Source: Takakia lepidozioides (taxonomy: Eukaryota; Plantae; Bryophyta). Taken from it: a stretch of 64,000 nucleotides of DNA. Positions 1 to 11,663 of this stretch are shown in pieces. A model generated the notes under the pieces. It saw only the letters and a program-made list of their open reading frames with translations. It searched no databases and was not told the origin of the DNA. Location: contig CM060733.1 in the NCBI GenBank assembly GCA_030704615.1, positions 36,580,001-36,644,000 of the forward strand, read 5' to 3'. The position numbers and the translations under genes are program-made. The stretch's first letter is position 1. Each line of letters starts with the position of its first letter.

Positions 1-206
1 TGGACTTATTATAGGCTGTCATTGTCAGCTGCTAGCAGCAAGGCAATGATGTATGCATGATTTGTGCAGAGGCAAGGATAGTTGAAGGAGCAGGGATAGA
101 GTGTAGGTCCAGATTCATCCAAGAGGGCCGGATTTCAATCTCCAGATTACCTATGATTCCCTGTGGAAGGATAGCTACAAGAAACCTGCATGAGTAGATG
201 ATCAAT
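1..206 (+). pseudogene. 5' fragment (intron plus PDF-motif exon) of a PDF-PPR-DYW paralogue
   Basis: Matches the reverse complement of ~39757-39950. After an acceptor AG at 111-112 it reads IHPRGPDFNLQITYDSLWKDSYKKPA*VD, then homology stops. Confidence 0.8.
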
Positions 207-759
207 TGGTTGGTCTTGAGCTAAAGAGCACGACCCCTGCAGGGATGTCTCTCCATCTGTAGATCTTTTAGGAAGTGAAAGGCTAGGGCCCAGCTTTCTT
301 ATGACAGTGTTAGCTGATTTTCAGTTCTTCTCCTCAGCTCGGTGCCTTTCTGTTTCCAAGTTATGGCAGTAGTTTCTGGCTGCAGTCTCTTTTCCTGCTA
401 AACTCTTTCGCTCTATGCAGACCCCCTTCTTTACTTGCTTTCCTTCTTACTACTCTTTCTTGTCTTGGTACGCGAAGCTGTGTCTTCCTCTTTCAGCCTC
501 TATGGCACTCTATCCAGATTATTTTTTCCTCTTTGTATCCAAGGACATTTTATGTCCATTACCTATAAAGTTCTGGAGGCCACAGTCCCCCCACTGTCCT
601 TCTTTGTTAACAAAAATATAAATAAATAAATAAAAGACAACAATGGCTTCCATTCTATTTTCCTAGAAACCTAATGAGAATTTAAATCAATTAATAATCT
701 AAATATTATAATTGTATGATTTAATTTATTAAACTAAAATATTATTAAAAAACCTCTTT

Positions 760-1164
760 AGTCATGAAGTTATATACTCATGACTACATCATGGCATCAT
801 GGCATTATATGATACGATATTCTTTCCCACGTGTAGGTCATATATGTTGTCCATGTGGACACGTGTCACATCTGGAGTGCTACATGTGTCCCTCTGACGC
901 CTCTCCAATGGAGTCATATACTTTGTAGACATGTAGTCATATAGTTAATCATATATAAATCATATAGTTGTGACTACATCGCTCTCTGCAGCATGACTCC
1001 AGGTGCCACGCAAGCAGTCACGACTATGACTTGCAAAACGCAGTCCTAAAGACTAGTCGCTATGACAGGGCTTTTTTCACTGCAGAGTGATGTAGTCATG
1101 AACGCATATAGGACTGAAAAAATAGTCATATGTGCAGTCATAAAAACGCTCATCTGTTGTAGTG
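760..1164. mobile_element. Right terminus of a CACTA (En/Spm) DNA transposon
   Basis: Ends CTGTTGTAGTG (reverse complement CACTACAACAG) at 1164, preceded by many subterminal AGTCAT/ATGACT repeats in both orientations. No matching left end seen. Confidence 0.65.
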
Positions 1165-2059
1165 GATGACATGCTACCGTCGCTGGCAACCGTCAGCGTC
1201 AAAAACAAAACCCACCTCCATTTGCCCTGCCGTGTGGTGAAGTCAGCCCTGCTGGAGGGCTCCAAGGGCTCCAAATTACCATCGGATTTTGAGTACCCCT
1301 CCGGCACTCCAAATTTTTTCTGATGGCGGTCTTTTAGGTTTTTTAGGGTGCCATCAACACGGGGGGGGTGGCAGAATTTAATAAGCTATATTTGTCATTC
1401 AGGGCTCAATATCATTCAACTTCATCTGCAGTTTTTTCATCCATTTGAAATTTCAACTCGTTTTGGGTCGCGTCGTCCTTTTGGGGGTTAATGGAGGCAA
1501 AAAGTGTGCACATAGATGATTGATGACAGTGTGTATCATTCTAAAGTGTGGTGTGTAGAGCCATTCAACTAGAGAGATGAGATCTAGAAGTAGAATAGTA
1601 TACACCTTTTCTACAAGCGATAAATATGTGTTTGGGTTGCTTACAAAGAATAGATGGCAAATTCTAAAAAAACATTCTATGAAATTGGAAATGGTCACTG
1701 GCACTAGTAACATGTTCTGCACAACTTATGAGATATAGATCCCTCCATTCCCGACTAGCTCAAATCTGTCCAAGCAAAGTGTGGCTAAATCAGCACTTGT
1801 CAACAAAATTGGAATTAGTGTAGCTAGAGCTTAATAATAAGTGTGACTCATATTCATGTTTTACATGCTTTACAAGCCACAATGTCTAAATAGATTTCTT
1901 TTTAGCAGCTGCAATGTTCCTTGTGCAGCAGTATATTGTATTCAAGTGAAATTAGCACCATGATTTGTTACATGAGTTTTAGGCAAAGCGTGAGCGTGCT
2001 CACGTGAGCTGCTCACACGGTAGCTACCCTCTGCCTTTAGCAGGGACAATGCATTTGTT

Positions 2060-2500
2060 TGCATTGGAAGTACCTTATGATCTTATATCTTGAGTGGGTC
2101 CCAATTGGGCACACGTTCTTTATGTTCCATATGTGCTCCAGTGGTAGATGAATGGGAACATATTAGTATGCATTGCACATAGGTACCTTGTTTATTGAGT
2201 GGGTCTCAACTGGGTACATGTTCTCTGTGTTCCATATGACTTCCCTTGGTGAATGGTGAGTTTATTAACATGCCTTGCATTGAAGGACCTTAGGTATCTT
2301 ATATCTTGAGTGGGTCCCAACTGGGCACATGTTCCTTATGTGTTCCATGGATGGATGAATGGAGATATTTATAAGTTTATTGGCCCTGCCCGACAGGGTA
2401 GGGACTACGCATCAAGTTGGCCAAAGTGCCCTTAACCTTATAGCATGGGTTGTTCCCATGAGACTTAATGGGAACATGTTCCCAGTTGGGCATTTGCCCC
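2060..2500. repeat. Degenerate ~105-110 bp tandem repeat, 3-4 copies
   Basis: Core TTGAGTGGGTCCCAAYTGGGYACAYGTTC recurs near 2090, 2196 and 2306, with an inverted partial copy near 2470-2490. Confidence 0.7.
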
Positions 2501-3046
2501 CGAATCATCTGGATAACCACCTGAGCTACTGAGGTCTTGTTTACAATGCAACCTGTAAGATATTCTCCTACTGACTGGTGGAAAGGCCTCAGATTCCCAT
2601 CTATTCACTTCGAATCATTTATAAAATCGGTGTAGACTCATACAACGTCGGAATGGAATATAACAACCTCCATTGCAAATGTTATCAGCAATCATGTACA
2701 GTCGTTTTCTGCTTCCCAGAAGTACCCCAGTTTCATGCTCTTGTTGTAGCGTGCTTCCAATTCTCTGCTGATTCAATGTGAGACTCGAACCATAAGCATA
2801 GTAGTGGCGAGGGCTGGAGATGAGGTGAGGTTGTTATTATGAAGTTTTTCAGCTCTAGCACACTCTGTTAAGAAGGCTGGTTAACCCCTTGAGTTGTTAT
2901 ACATTTTCTTCTTTTCGGTATGCTGCAAGACAGTGAATTGGGCTACTACATTTTCTCTGGGGCTGTTAAACTGTAGCTCACACACAAAAGTACGCATCAT
3001 TAAGCATATGGCTTGAAAATGGAATTTAAAAGAAAAAACATCTGCA

Positions 3047-3998
3047 GGCGAAACACGACGTCATTCCTTCTATCACAGCTGCGTGGCACGTTCCAAATCC
3101 CCCCGGATGGTTCCTTCAACCACAAGTCGCATACTTGTATCTGATTTTGTGGTGGTCCTGTTGTGGTGTTGTAGTGGCCTTGCTAATGCCGTTTTGTGGA
3201 TGGTTCAGGCATACATTCCCAGGGGTGCCGGTTTTCCTGTGCCTTTGGCATGTTCGAAGGGCCTGGCTGAGGAATGCCATCGAGAAGATCAAGGATGCCC
3301 AGTTAAGGGCCGATGCCGATGTCTTGCAAGGTATAGTTGACATCATGGACAATAAAGGTGGTCCCATTGGTGACTCTTTGCAGGCCTGGGCTGTGTTTAG
3401 ATTGTATGAGTTACAAACAAAGTATCCCGCAGCTAAATTGTTCTTCTTATATATCCACAAATGGTGGATCCCGAAAGTGGACATGTGGGAAGAGGCGCTT
3501 GTCCCAAACAAGACAGAAAATGGACGGGCGTCGACTGGATTGGTTGGTCTACATCCTAACAGGTAGCCTCCTCACACATTACTGGTACATTTCGACCTTG
3601 AAAGCTGAAGGGTTCATTCGCAACTCTAGGATGGAACATTTTGTGCAAAATGCGGTGTGGATGGATGAGCAGATACCGGAATCCAACGTGGATTTGCCCG
3701 AGCACACGGGGGATTCTGCGAAGGTAAAAAACATGTCTTCTCCAGGCACTGTATACACTATATGCAATCCAGCATCCGAGTGGGCTTGTTGTGACTGCCC
3801 TAATGCCATGGAAGGGAACCTATGCAAGCACCAAGTGAAGGTGTTCAAGATGTTGCGGCCACATGTACCAGAGGTTTAATTGTCCGAACTTGTGGAACAC
3901 GACTTGGGACACTCAATGGGGGCATGGCCAAGCTGCTCGACCTTGATCCCCTGTCCGCTGCGGAGCCCCCGTGTGACACAGATCCCATGTGTGGCATT
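3047..3998 (+). pseudogene. MULE/Mutator-like transposase with SWIM zinc finger, 5' part (frameshifted, interrupted by a retroelement)
   Basis: FPGVPVFLCLWHVRRAW (MULE CxxH motif), RRLDWLVYIL, and SWIM CDCPNAMEGNLCKHQ in overlapping ORFs 3135-3566 and 3337-3879. Confidence 0.75.
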
Positions 3999-4363
3999 TG
4001 TCATGTGCATACATATCGCTACACAACTACATCGCTGTCCAAAACCACACAACATATGTGCATACCAAACACTAGTCTATCACTAGTCCACCACTAGTGC
4101 ACCACTAGGCTGCCACTAGACAACCACTAGTCACCACTAGTGCAGCCACTAGTCCAACCACTAGGCTGCCACTAGCCACCACTAGTGCAGCCACTAGTCC
4201 ATCACTAGGCTATCACTAGTCCACCATTAGCGCAGCCACTAGTCCATCACTAGGCTGCCACTAGTCCACCACTAGCGTAGCCACTAGTCCACCCACTAGG
4301 CTGCCACTAGCCACCACTAGTGCAGCCACTAGTCCACCACTAGGCTGCCACTAGTCCATCACA
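3999..4363. repeat. Terminal repeat A of copy 1, with expanded CCACTAG micro-repeats
   Basis: Starts TGTCATGTGC and ends CATCACA. Its first ~70 bp recur at 4684, 45773 and 46280. CCACTAG array at ~4070-4356. Confidence 0.85.
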
Positions 4364-4364
4364 A

Positions 4365-4681
4365 TGATAAGGAAAAGAATGATACAAGCATACAAGCTCT
4401 CTCAAACTCACACACTCGCACATGAAAACATCACTCATATATTAAGTCGAGCCAAGTGCACCCCACGCCATGGGGAATCCACACTACGGCGCCATAGCTA
4501 GACGCGGTGAGGCTCAACTCGCGAAAGATGAGCCCACCGCGATCTGCCGTGAAGATAACAACGCCAGGTGCCCAAACATGTATTGGCCCCTGGATTGACA
4601 CTTGGGTCAATCCCAAATGTCAATATATAAAAGCTAGTTATTTCCTAGCTAACTTCACATTAGTGGTAAAATAACTTGACA
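4365..4681. repeat. Terminal repeat B of copy 1 (3' copy)
   Basis: 317 bp, TGATAA...TTGACA, with about 5 substitutions versus 9182-9498. Confidence 0.9.
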
Positions 4682-4753
4682 ACTGTCGTGCGCATACATA
4701 TCGCTACACAACTACATCGCTGTCCAAAACCACACAACATATGTGCACACCAC

Positions 4754-6925
4754 GCTCAATGGCTGGCCTAGCTGACAGCTCCATCAACCTGGCAGCTGCA
4801 GCTTGCCATGGCGCAGCCGTGGCAGTCTTGACCCTCACATCCAAGGATCCCTCCGGCACTACACCTCCCACTATCTCCGCAGAAGATGAAGTAACCTCCC
4901 CACCCTCACAGAGTGTCGCTGCCAGCCTGAACACCTCAGCTGGTCTTACCCCCGGCGTCGCAATCATGGTAGCTGAGAACAATGGAGCCTGACACACAGC
5001 TGTGGCCGCCCCCAGCAGCACACTAGCTGCCGTAGCCTTGGCAACACTAGGTAGTGGTGCTGCCCGTGTAGCTCTCCCGAATGGCATAGTAACCTCCGCC
5101 TCGGTAACAGTCGGGCGAGAACTAGGTGCCATGGACGGCGTCGACACTGTCTCCGCCAATGTGAATGACTGAGGAAGTCTGGCCTGACGGCTTGCTGTGG
5201 ATCCAACTCCACCTCCGCACCTCGTGGCTCAGGAACTCGTGCTGCTCCTCGAGTCACTGCCGTAGCTGACTCCACTTGCACTAGTGGTAATCCTGCCCCG
5301 CACATAATGGTAGTGGTAGTGGTAGTGGTGCCCCACCCACAGTGGTAGTGGTAGTGGCACCCCTCACTAGTGGTAGTGCTGCCCCGCACATGAATCCCAT
5401 GCCTCCCATGTCTCCTCCCTCAGGAGCAGGAGGTGGACCATCCGGCCTTGGAGCCGGTACCACCTGAGCTATGGCCATGGCAGCGAGCTTCTGCTCTAAC
5501 TGCTGAAGCCGGTTGGCCATGCCTTGGTCACCACCCTGATCTCCGCGTCCTTGGCCATGTTGAGCTTGCCCTTGGCTTGCACCTCGTGCCTAGCCACCTC
5601 GTCCTCTCTGGGCTGCTCCACCTCGCCCCCGGCCACCATTGTTCCCTTGGAACTGGCCTGGGCGCAACTCAGGGTGCAAACCATAGCACTGGGCCTCTCC
5701 ATGCCCGTACCTGCCACAATGCCCACACTGCATCTGTGCAGGCTGTGCCGGTGCCAAACCATTGCCTCCCTCTGGGCAATCCTTCTTGACATGGGGTCCT
5801 TCACATGTCCAGCACACCACATCCGCCCGTTGTTGGCCAGCAAATGAAGGGAGAGACCCCTGCATCTGATGTCCTCTCTGCCCTTCCCTGGGCTTCACCT
5901 GAGCCCCCTTGCTGCCTTGAGCACGTTGAGGTAGTGGCTGGCTAGGAGCACCACTACCATGTGGTGCCTCCTTAGCAAATCCCACCATGACCACTCGTTC
6001 CTCCACCATGTTGAGCTCTATCCGCTCTGCCAGCAAAAACACATTTGCTAAGGTGGGTTGGGCCGCTTGTAGGAGAGTTGCATCCCGCACCCTTTTCCTC
6101 AGCTCCTTGTCCAATATCCCGTACCAGAACTGGACTGCCTGAGCCTCCGTAACCCCTTGGGTTACATTGATCAAGCGCCTCATTGAAAGCCTCCCTCAAG
6201 CTCTCAGTAGGCTTCCGTTGGAACTCTTGCAAGCTCCTCAACTTCTCTGTCCTCACCCCTTGGTAGTTCATTCTCAACTCTTCGAAGAACTCCACAACAG
6301 GGTTGAAGGCAGGCACCGCCACTGGTGCTGGTGCAACAGTAGCTTGGGTGGACGTCGTAGCCTCTGTACCACTAGTCCCACTGCTGCTCGTGGAAGTTGT
6401 TGTTGTAGTTGCTGCTGCTGGTGCAGCTGCCAGTGTGGCTGCTTGTGCCTCTAGTGCCTCTAGTGATGGAGACATAGTCGGGTGACCAGTACATCCTCCA
6501 CTCCTCGATCTCAATATCGTGCCCCCGCCTAAACTCATGGTAATCATCCATGGGTGGCCCCTCAAGGTGCTGAAACAGCCCCTTCCATGCCATGAAAGGC
6601 GTAAACAGTTGTGGATTGCGCATTTGCTGCAAGCCACACCAACTATCAAACTCTTGGATAAAATCATCCAACTCAATGGTGCCCACCGCCCCAGGGTACC
6701 TTCGTGGCCCCTTGGTGGCTCCATACATCTCTTCCATCGTGTCCCACAACAATGCAAGGAAACAACTTGCACCGCACGTTTGAGTCCTCCTGATTCACAA
6801 TCCGAATCAGAACCTTCCGTAGAAGACACAAGAGGTGAATGTGGCCTAAACCGCACACCTCGTCTCGTATACCCACTAGTATCGCTAGTGCTCGTACCGG
6901 CACTTTCCCCAGCAACTAGTGGCAC
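4754..6925 (-). pseudogene. gag of copy 1 (frameshifted)
   Basis: ELDDFIQEFDSWC capsid-like region, FQRKPTESLREA, and two zinc knuckles CWTCEGPHVKKDC and CGHCGRYGHGEAQC. Homologous to ~51900-53895. Confidence 0.8.
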
Positions 6926-9181
6926 CTCCGTGTTGACAAACTGGCACTCAACCGGTCATGAACCTGTCTCTAACCCCCTCTCCACAAGGTAACCGGGTAG
7001 AGAACCTGATGCGGCTTATGGTTTGGAATACTAGGTTCCTAACATAGCCTGCACCTGCACCTGCATCCACCGCAGGCACTCCTATGGTTGGCTAGTCATC
7101 ACCTCCAACCTCACCACAGGAGAAACAAAGATGGTTTGACTGGTCATCAACCCAGCCTCACCATCGAGAACATGCTCTAGGGTGGGATCGGCGATCAAGC
7201 CCGAGTCCACCACCTATAAAATCAAGCGCCCACACAAAACTAGCATGGCGCACAATCAAGCATGCAGGTGTGGAGGGGATCCAAACACAAGAATGAAAAC
7301 AACAACTCCCCCACACCAAAAATCTCTCCACAGTGTCCCTCCTGCAACCCAGCCCAAACCCGGACTGACTCTTGCCTCCACCTACGGAAAGGTCTCGGCC
7401 TACAAAGAAGGTGGAAAACTACGAGGAAGGGAAGCTAAAGCAATGCTTATCCCCAGCACGCTCTCGTCCCAACACCCTCTTTTTTCCTCTCTTCTCTCAC
7501 TTGCATGACCATGAGAGCATCCTGTAGACACTCCTCAAACCGCCCTCCACGAGCTCATGAAACTTGGCCTCCAAGGCCCCATGCAAGCCTCCACAGGGTC
7601 CGCCAGTGCCTCCTTACGTCCACCAGCCATTCCTCCAAATGGAACCACCTCAGGAAACCACGCCGTTCACTGAAGGTTCAAAAATGGAGCAAATAGAGGT
7701 ACATATAGGCCCCAACAACATTCTGTCCAAAGGAATTACCTGCAGGCTGGTCTCCCCCATAGTTAAGAACTGGGCTGAAAACCAGAAAAGATTACCTGCA
7801 GGGAAGTAATCCCCTTTGTTAAAACGCAACAGGGAGGCAATTCCGACTTTTTTGCCGGATCAGCTAGCTCAAAACCGTTGTTCTTCAGAGCCCAGCCTCC
7901 CTATCAAGGTCCCACGAAATGAGTGAATTTTTTTTATTTTTTTTTTTAAATTTTTTTTCCACTCTAACTGTTCGTGGCCTTCCGTGGCTCCAACCGCCAC
8001 GACTCCTCACGGCCCGCCCTAGGCACTCGTTGGCCACGGGCTGCCCAGTGATACCCCGTGGTACCACTCCCACGAGCCTTCACGGCCCACCATCCCCACG
8101 ATCTGGTCACCGTGCCCACCCGTTGTGTCCGCACCACGACTTCCAATGGTCACGGTCAACCATCACGACCTGGGCTTGTGGTATCTCGTGATACCGCCCC
8201 AACGGCCCATCATGGCCACTATTCCCTGCGTTCTCTGGAACTCCCAACGAGTTCCCATGAGTTCCCGGGGGTTCCCAAGCTCTTCCCGAGTTGGGGTTTG
8301 CTCCAGCACCTGCTGCCGACGAGCTATGGCTTCTGCGGAGCCATCAGCCCCGTCGCCCTGCACTCCTGAGCTCTCACGGCCCACTAGAAGTGCCTCCAAC
8401 TCAACAAGCAAGCTATATGCTGCCCAATAAGCTCCTTTTTCTTCATGAAGCTCACAAAAACAAATCTGAAAATATACACCTTTACAAACTTGGTGCACCT
8501 GCACTTCTCATGCATCTCCCTTGGCTCTAGGGCGCCTCATTGCTGCCTTTCCAGCCCCGCTCTTGCCACTCCAAGAGCCCTTACACTGCTGAGTTTCAGA
8601 TTGAAACTCTAACTCAGCACATGCTTCACAAGTGCACTGATTTGCACACAAGAGGGACCAGCCCCCTCTTTTCACTCATACCTCTTCATGAGCTTGGAGC
8701 TGCAGCTCCCAACAGGCTGCGATGCATCCCCTCGCAGCTCCGCCATTCGGCTGCTCCTCATCTACCCGCAACAACTCGTTTCGAGCAGATACCTGGAGCT
8801 GATCATATCATCTCCAACCTACAACATGCTAACTTCCCATGCACAGCCCACATTTCAGCAGCTCCTTAACTCGGCCTGCAGCTAAAGAAGATGACCACCA
8901 GTTCGCCCACTCGTGGCCAGCATCTCCTCCGCTTCACACTAGAAGCCCAAACTTGGTTGCCATAGCGTTGAGCTATGCAACGCCGCTCTTCAATATAGGC
9001 TACCCGCCTCTCTATCTATGGCAAACCTGCAACCTGTTTGCCTTTGCACTCTATTCGCTTTGGATAGGCTCATACACGGCTCCTTGCACTCTAGGCTGAA
9101 CCAATTCTCATGATCTGAAAACACAAGTGCTACAACTAACTCGAACCTGGCACTCACAGACTTGAGCTGATCTTTCTTGAG

Positions 9182-9498
9182 TGATAAGGAAAGGAATGAT
9201 ACAAGCATACAAGCTCTCTCAAACTCACACACTCGCACATGAAAACATCACTCATATATTAAGTCGAGCCAAGTGCACCCCACGCCATGGGGAATCCACA
9301 CTACGGCGCCATAGCTAGACGCGGTGAGGCTCAACTCGAGAAAGATGAGCCCACCGTGATCTGCCGTGAAGATAACAACGCCAGGTGCCCAAACATGTAT
9401 TGGCCCCTGGATTGACACTTGGGTCAATCCCAAATGTCAATATATAAAAGCTAGTTATTTCCTAGCTAACTTCACACTAGTGGTAAAATAAATTGACA
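9182..9498. repeat. Terminal repeat B of copy 1 (5' copy in element sense)
   Basis: Direct repeat of 4365-4681. No A repeat is adjacent to it. Confidence 0.9.
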
Positions 9499-9502
9499 CA
9501 TT

Positions 9503-9925
9503 GATCCCCCTACACCAGACACGGTTCCGGCTGGCAATGTCTTGGGGGAGCAGCAGCCCCACCATGAATCGCAGGCAACTGTTATGAAGGCCATTGCAGA
9601 GGAGATGCTTGGTTTGGAAGTCTGTGTGAAAGGTAACATGGCTCTTCATAACCATCTTTTGAGTGACCTTTGTGTCACGAGAGGAAAGCTAGCGCAAATG
9701 GCCACACGCATGGCTGCGGGTCTTCTCCACCCACACCTTGTAAGAAGGTTTGAACATGTTCAGGATGGATCGGGAATGAGTTTGAAGAGAAGAAAGGATT
9801 GGGTAGAGGTTTCTATGTCACGGAAATCAAGACGTCTTGGATCCAAAAGAGTCTCAGCAACCCCTCCATCTTCGTCTATTTTGCATGCACTTCGTCAAGT
9901 TGGGCGTCCCAGATTGAAGGGTTGA
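9503..9925 (+). pseudogene. MULE/SWIM ORF, 3' part
   Basis: ...DPMCGI before the insertion joins in frame to DPPTPDTVPAGNVLGEQQPHHESQ (ORF 9542-9925). Confidence 0.7.
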
Positions 9926-11124
9926 GAGCAAGCAGGTTTATGCTCTCGTGCTCCCATTCAGATTGCTGATTTCCCTGAGATTGCATTCTCAACGAAGCAT
10001 TTGGTATCAAACAATTTCTCATTATTCAAAATGGCTGAAGCTATGTTCAGTGACGCATGTGTTCTGTGATTCATAATGGAATGAAGGAGATGTGGATGAT
10101 CTTTATTGCAATTGAGTCTGTATACATGCATTTGCAGTGATGTTCAAAACACAAATTACCGCCCACTTTTATGTTTAGCCTTTAAATTAATAGTCCTGAA
10201 TTCCAATACTGAAAAACAGTTGCCACCAGTCTCTAGTGCGTTCCCTACCACCTTTTTTGCATTGCAAGCACACTGCTCCCCTCCTCCCATCATCCCCCTC
10301 TTCGTGTAGTGCTTCGGCCTCTGCTCCCCTGGAATGGCAGAGGTTCCCTGATCCCCTTCATCTCCCTTCTCATCACAGCTGGCCCCCTCACACCGCTGCT
10401 TCCCGAGGTTGTGCTCAGCTCCCCGTGATCCCCTTCCCATTCACTGCTCCCCCTCATCCCCCCATCCCCTGCGGCTTCGCAATGGACTTATATGCCCGGT
10501 CCCCTTCACCGTGCAATGCTCCCCCATGTATCACCCAAAGAGTTTGCTCAACAAGGCAGTGCGGTTGTCATCCGACGGGGCAATTATTGAAGCCAGCGCC
10601 TTGTGTTCAGTGGCCCATGATGTTTTGTGCGATTCACAGTGGTATGAGAGACATTTGTGGTGACCTCGGTGGGAACCATTTGGATTCCCATAGTGTATAT
10701 AACATATGGGACACCGTATATGTGGTTTTGAAAGCCATTCTGTCTCATAACCATTATACATTCGCTTCCAACGTGAAGCCACTAGTTCAAAGTTCTCCAT
10801 TTGAAAAGAAGGATACCATTGCATTTGCTAGGCAGTGCACCATAAAACTGATGCTTCAGTATCATCGTCCCTTTCAGAGAGCAAATGACACTGTCTTGGA
10901 CTAAAGCGAAAGTTTATGGGCTCTGGGTCATCTTCCGACTCTGGGCTCTCTGCCATTGTTGGGCAAATTTCAGATTTTGCTTTGGGGTTTATTTTCAGTT
11001 TTTGTTGCATGCTTATGCACCACTTGCAAGGGATGTGACCCATGCAAGGGACGTGACCTTTCATGTGCAAAACACAGACATGACCTTTCAGAACTTGCCC
11101 CTTCACACGCGACTTTTCACCAGT

Positions 11125-11610
11125 AATCCCCCGATCCCCCGATTCGAAACCTACCGTCCCTCATCCCCTCACCCCGTGGTCCCCTCATCCCCTCATCCCC
11201 CGTCGAGCTCCCGACATTCCCTCCATGATCCCCTCATCTCCCGACCTGTTCCCCTGGTTCTCTGATCCCTTGTTGTCCCCACCCGTTCCCTTGGTTCCCT
11301 GATCCCCTCATTTGCCTAGCCACTCCCCTGGTTCCCTGATCTCTCCCACCCGTTCCCCTGCTTCCCCGATCTCCGCTAACCCCTTATACAATCCTTGTTT
11401 TCCCTCATCCCCCGACCGCCCTGAACCTGAGCCCCCTGATCCCCTGATCCCCCGATCCCCCCTGAACCCCTGATCCCCCCCCCCGATCCCCCGATCCCTT
11501 GATCCCGCCCTGAACCTGAGCCCCCTGATCCTCCTGAGCCCCCCTCATCCCTGGTTGTCTGATCCACCTCAAGGATCCCCTCACCCCCTCACCCCTTCAT
11601 CCCCTTCACA
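11125..11610. repeat. C-rich GATCCC/CATCCCC low-complexity repeat array
   Basis: Dense CCCCTGATCCCC/CCCGATCCCC units. Mirror-strand analogue of 28500-30530. Confidence 0.75.
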
Positions 11611-11663
11611 GCACAGTGGACGCCAAAGAAGGCACAAAGGGATTACAAAGAGGAGGACAAGCT

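Larger units (their letters stand above)
3999..9498 (-). mobile_element. Split-direct-repeat Ty3/gypsy-type retroelement, copy 1 (non-autonomous, pol deleted)
   Basis: TG...CA ends and a 4-bp TSD CATT (3995-3998 / 9499-9502). Plus-strand order: A(3999-4363), B(4365-4681), partial A(4684-4753), gag/5'UTR, B(9182-9498). Collinear with 45773-54560. The host ORF rejoins in frame when it is removed. Confidence 0.9.

Noticed and set aside
207-640. Segment ending in (TAAA)n resembling a LINE 3' tail
   Set aside because: No RT remnant or TSD found.
4070-4360. Regular short repeats suggesting a CRISPR array
   Set aside because: No unique spacers and no cas genes. Eukaryotic TE terminal micro-repeat.
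4431-4616. Duplicated 61-aa ORF (also at 9248-9433)
   Set aside because: Lies within repeat B and has no protein features.
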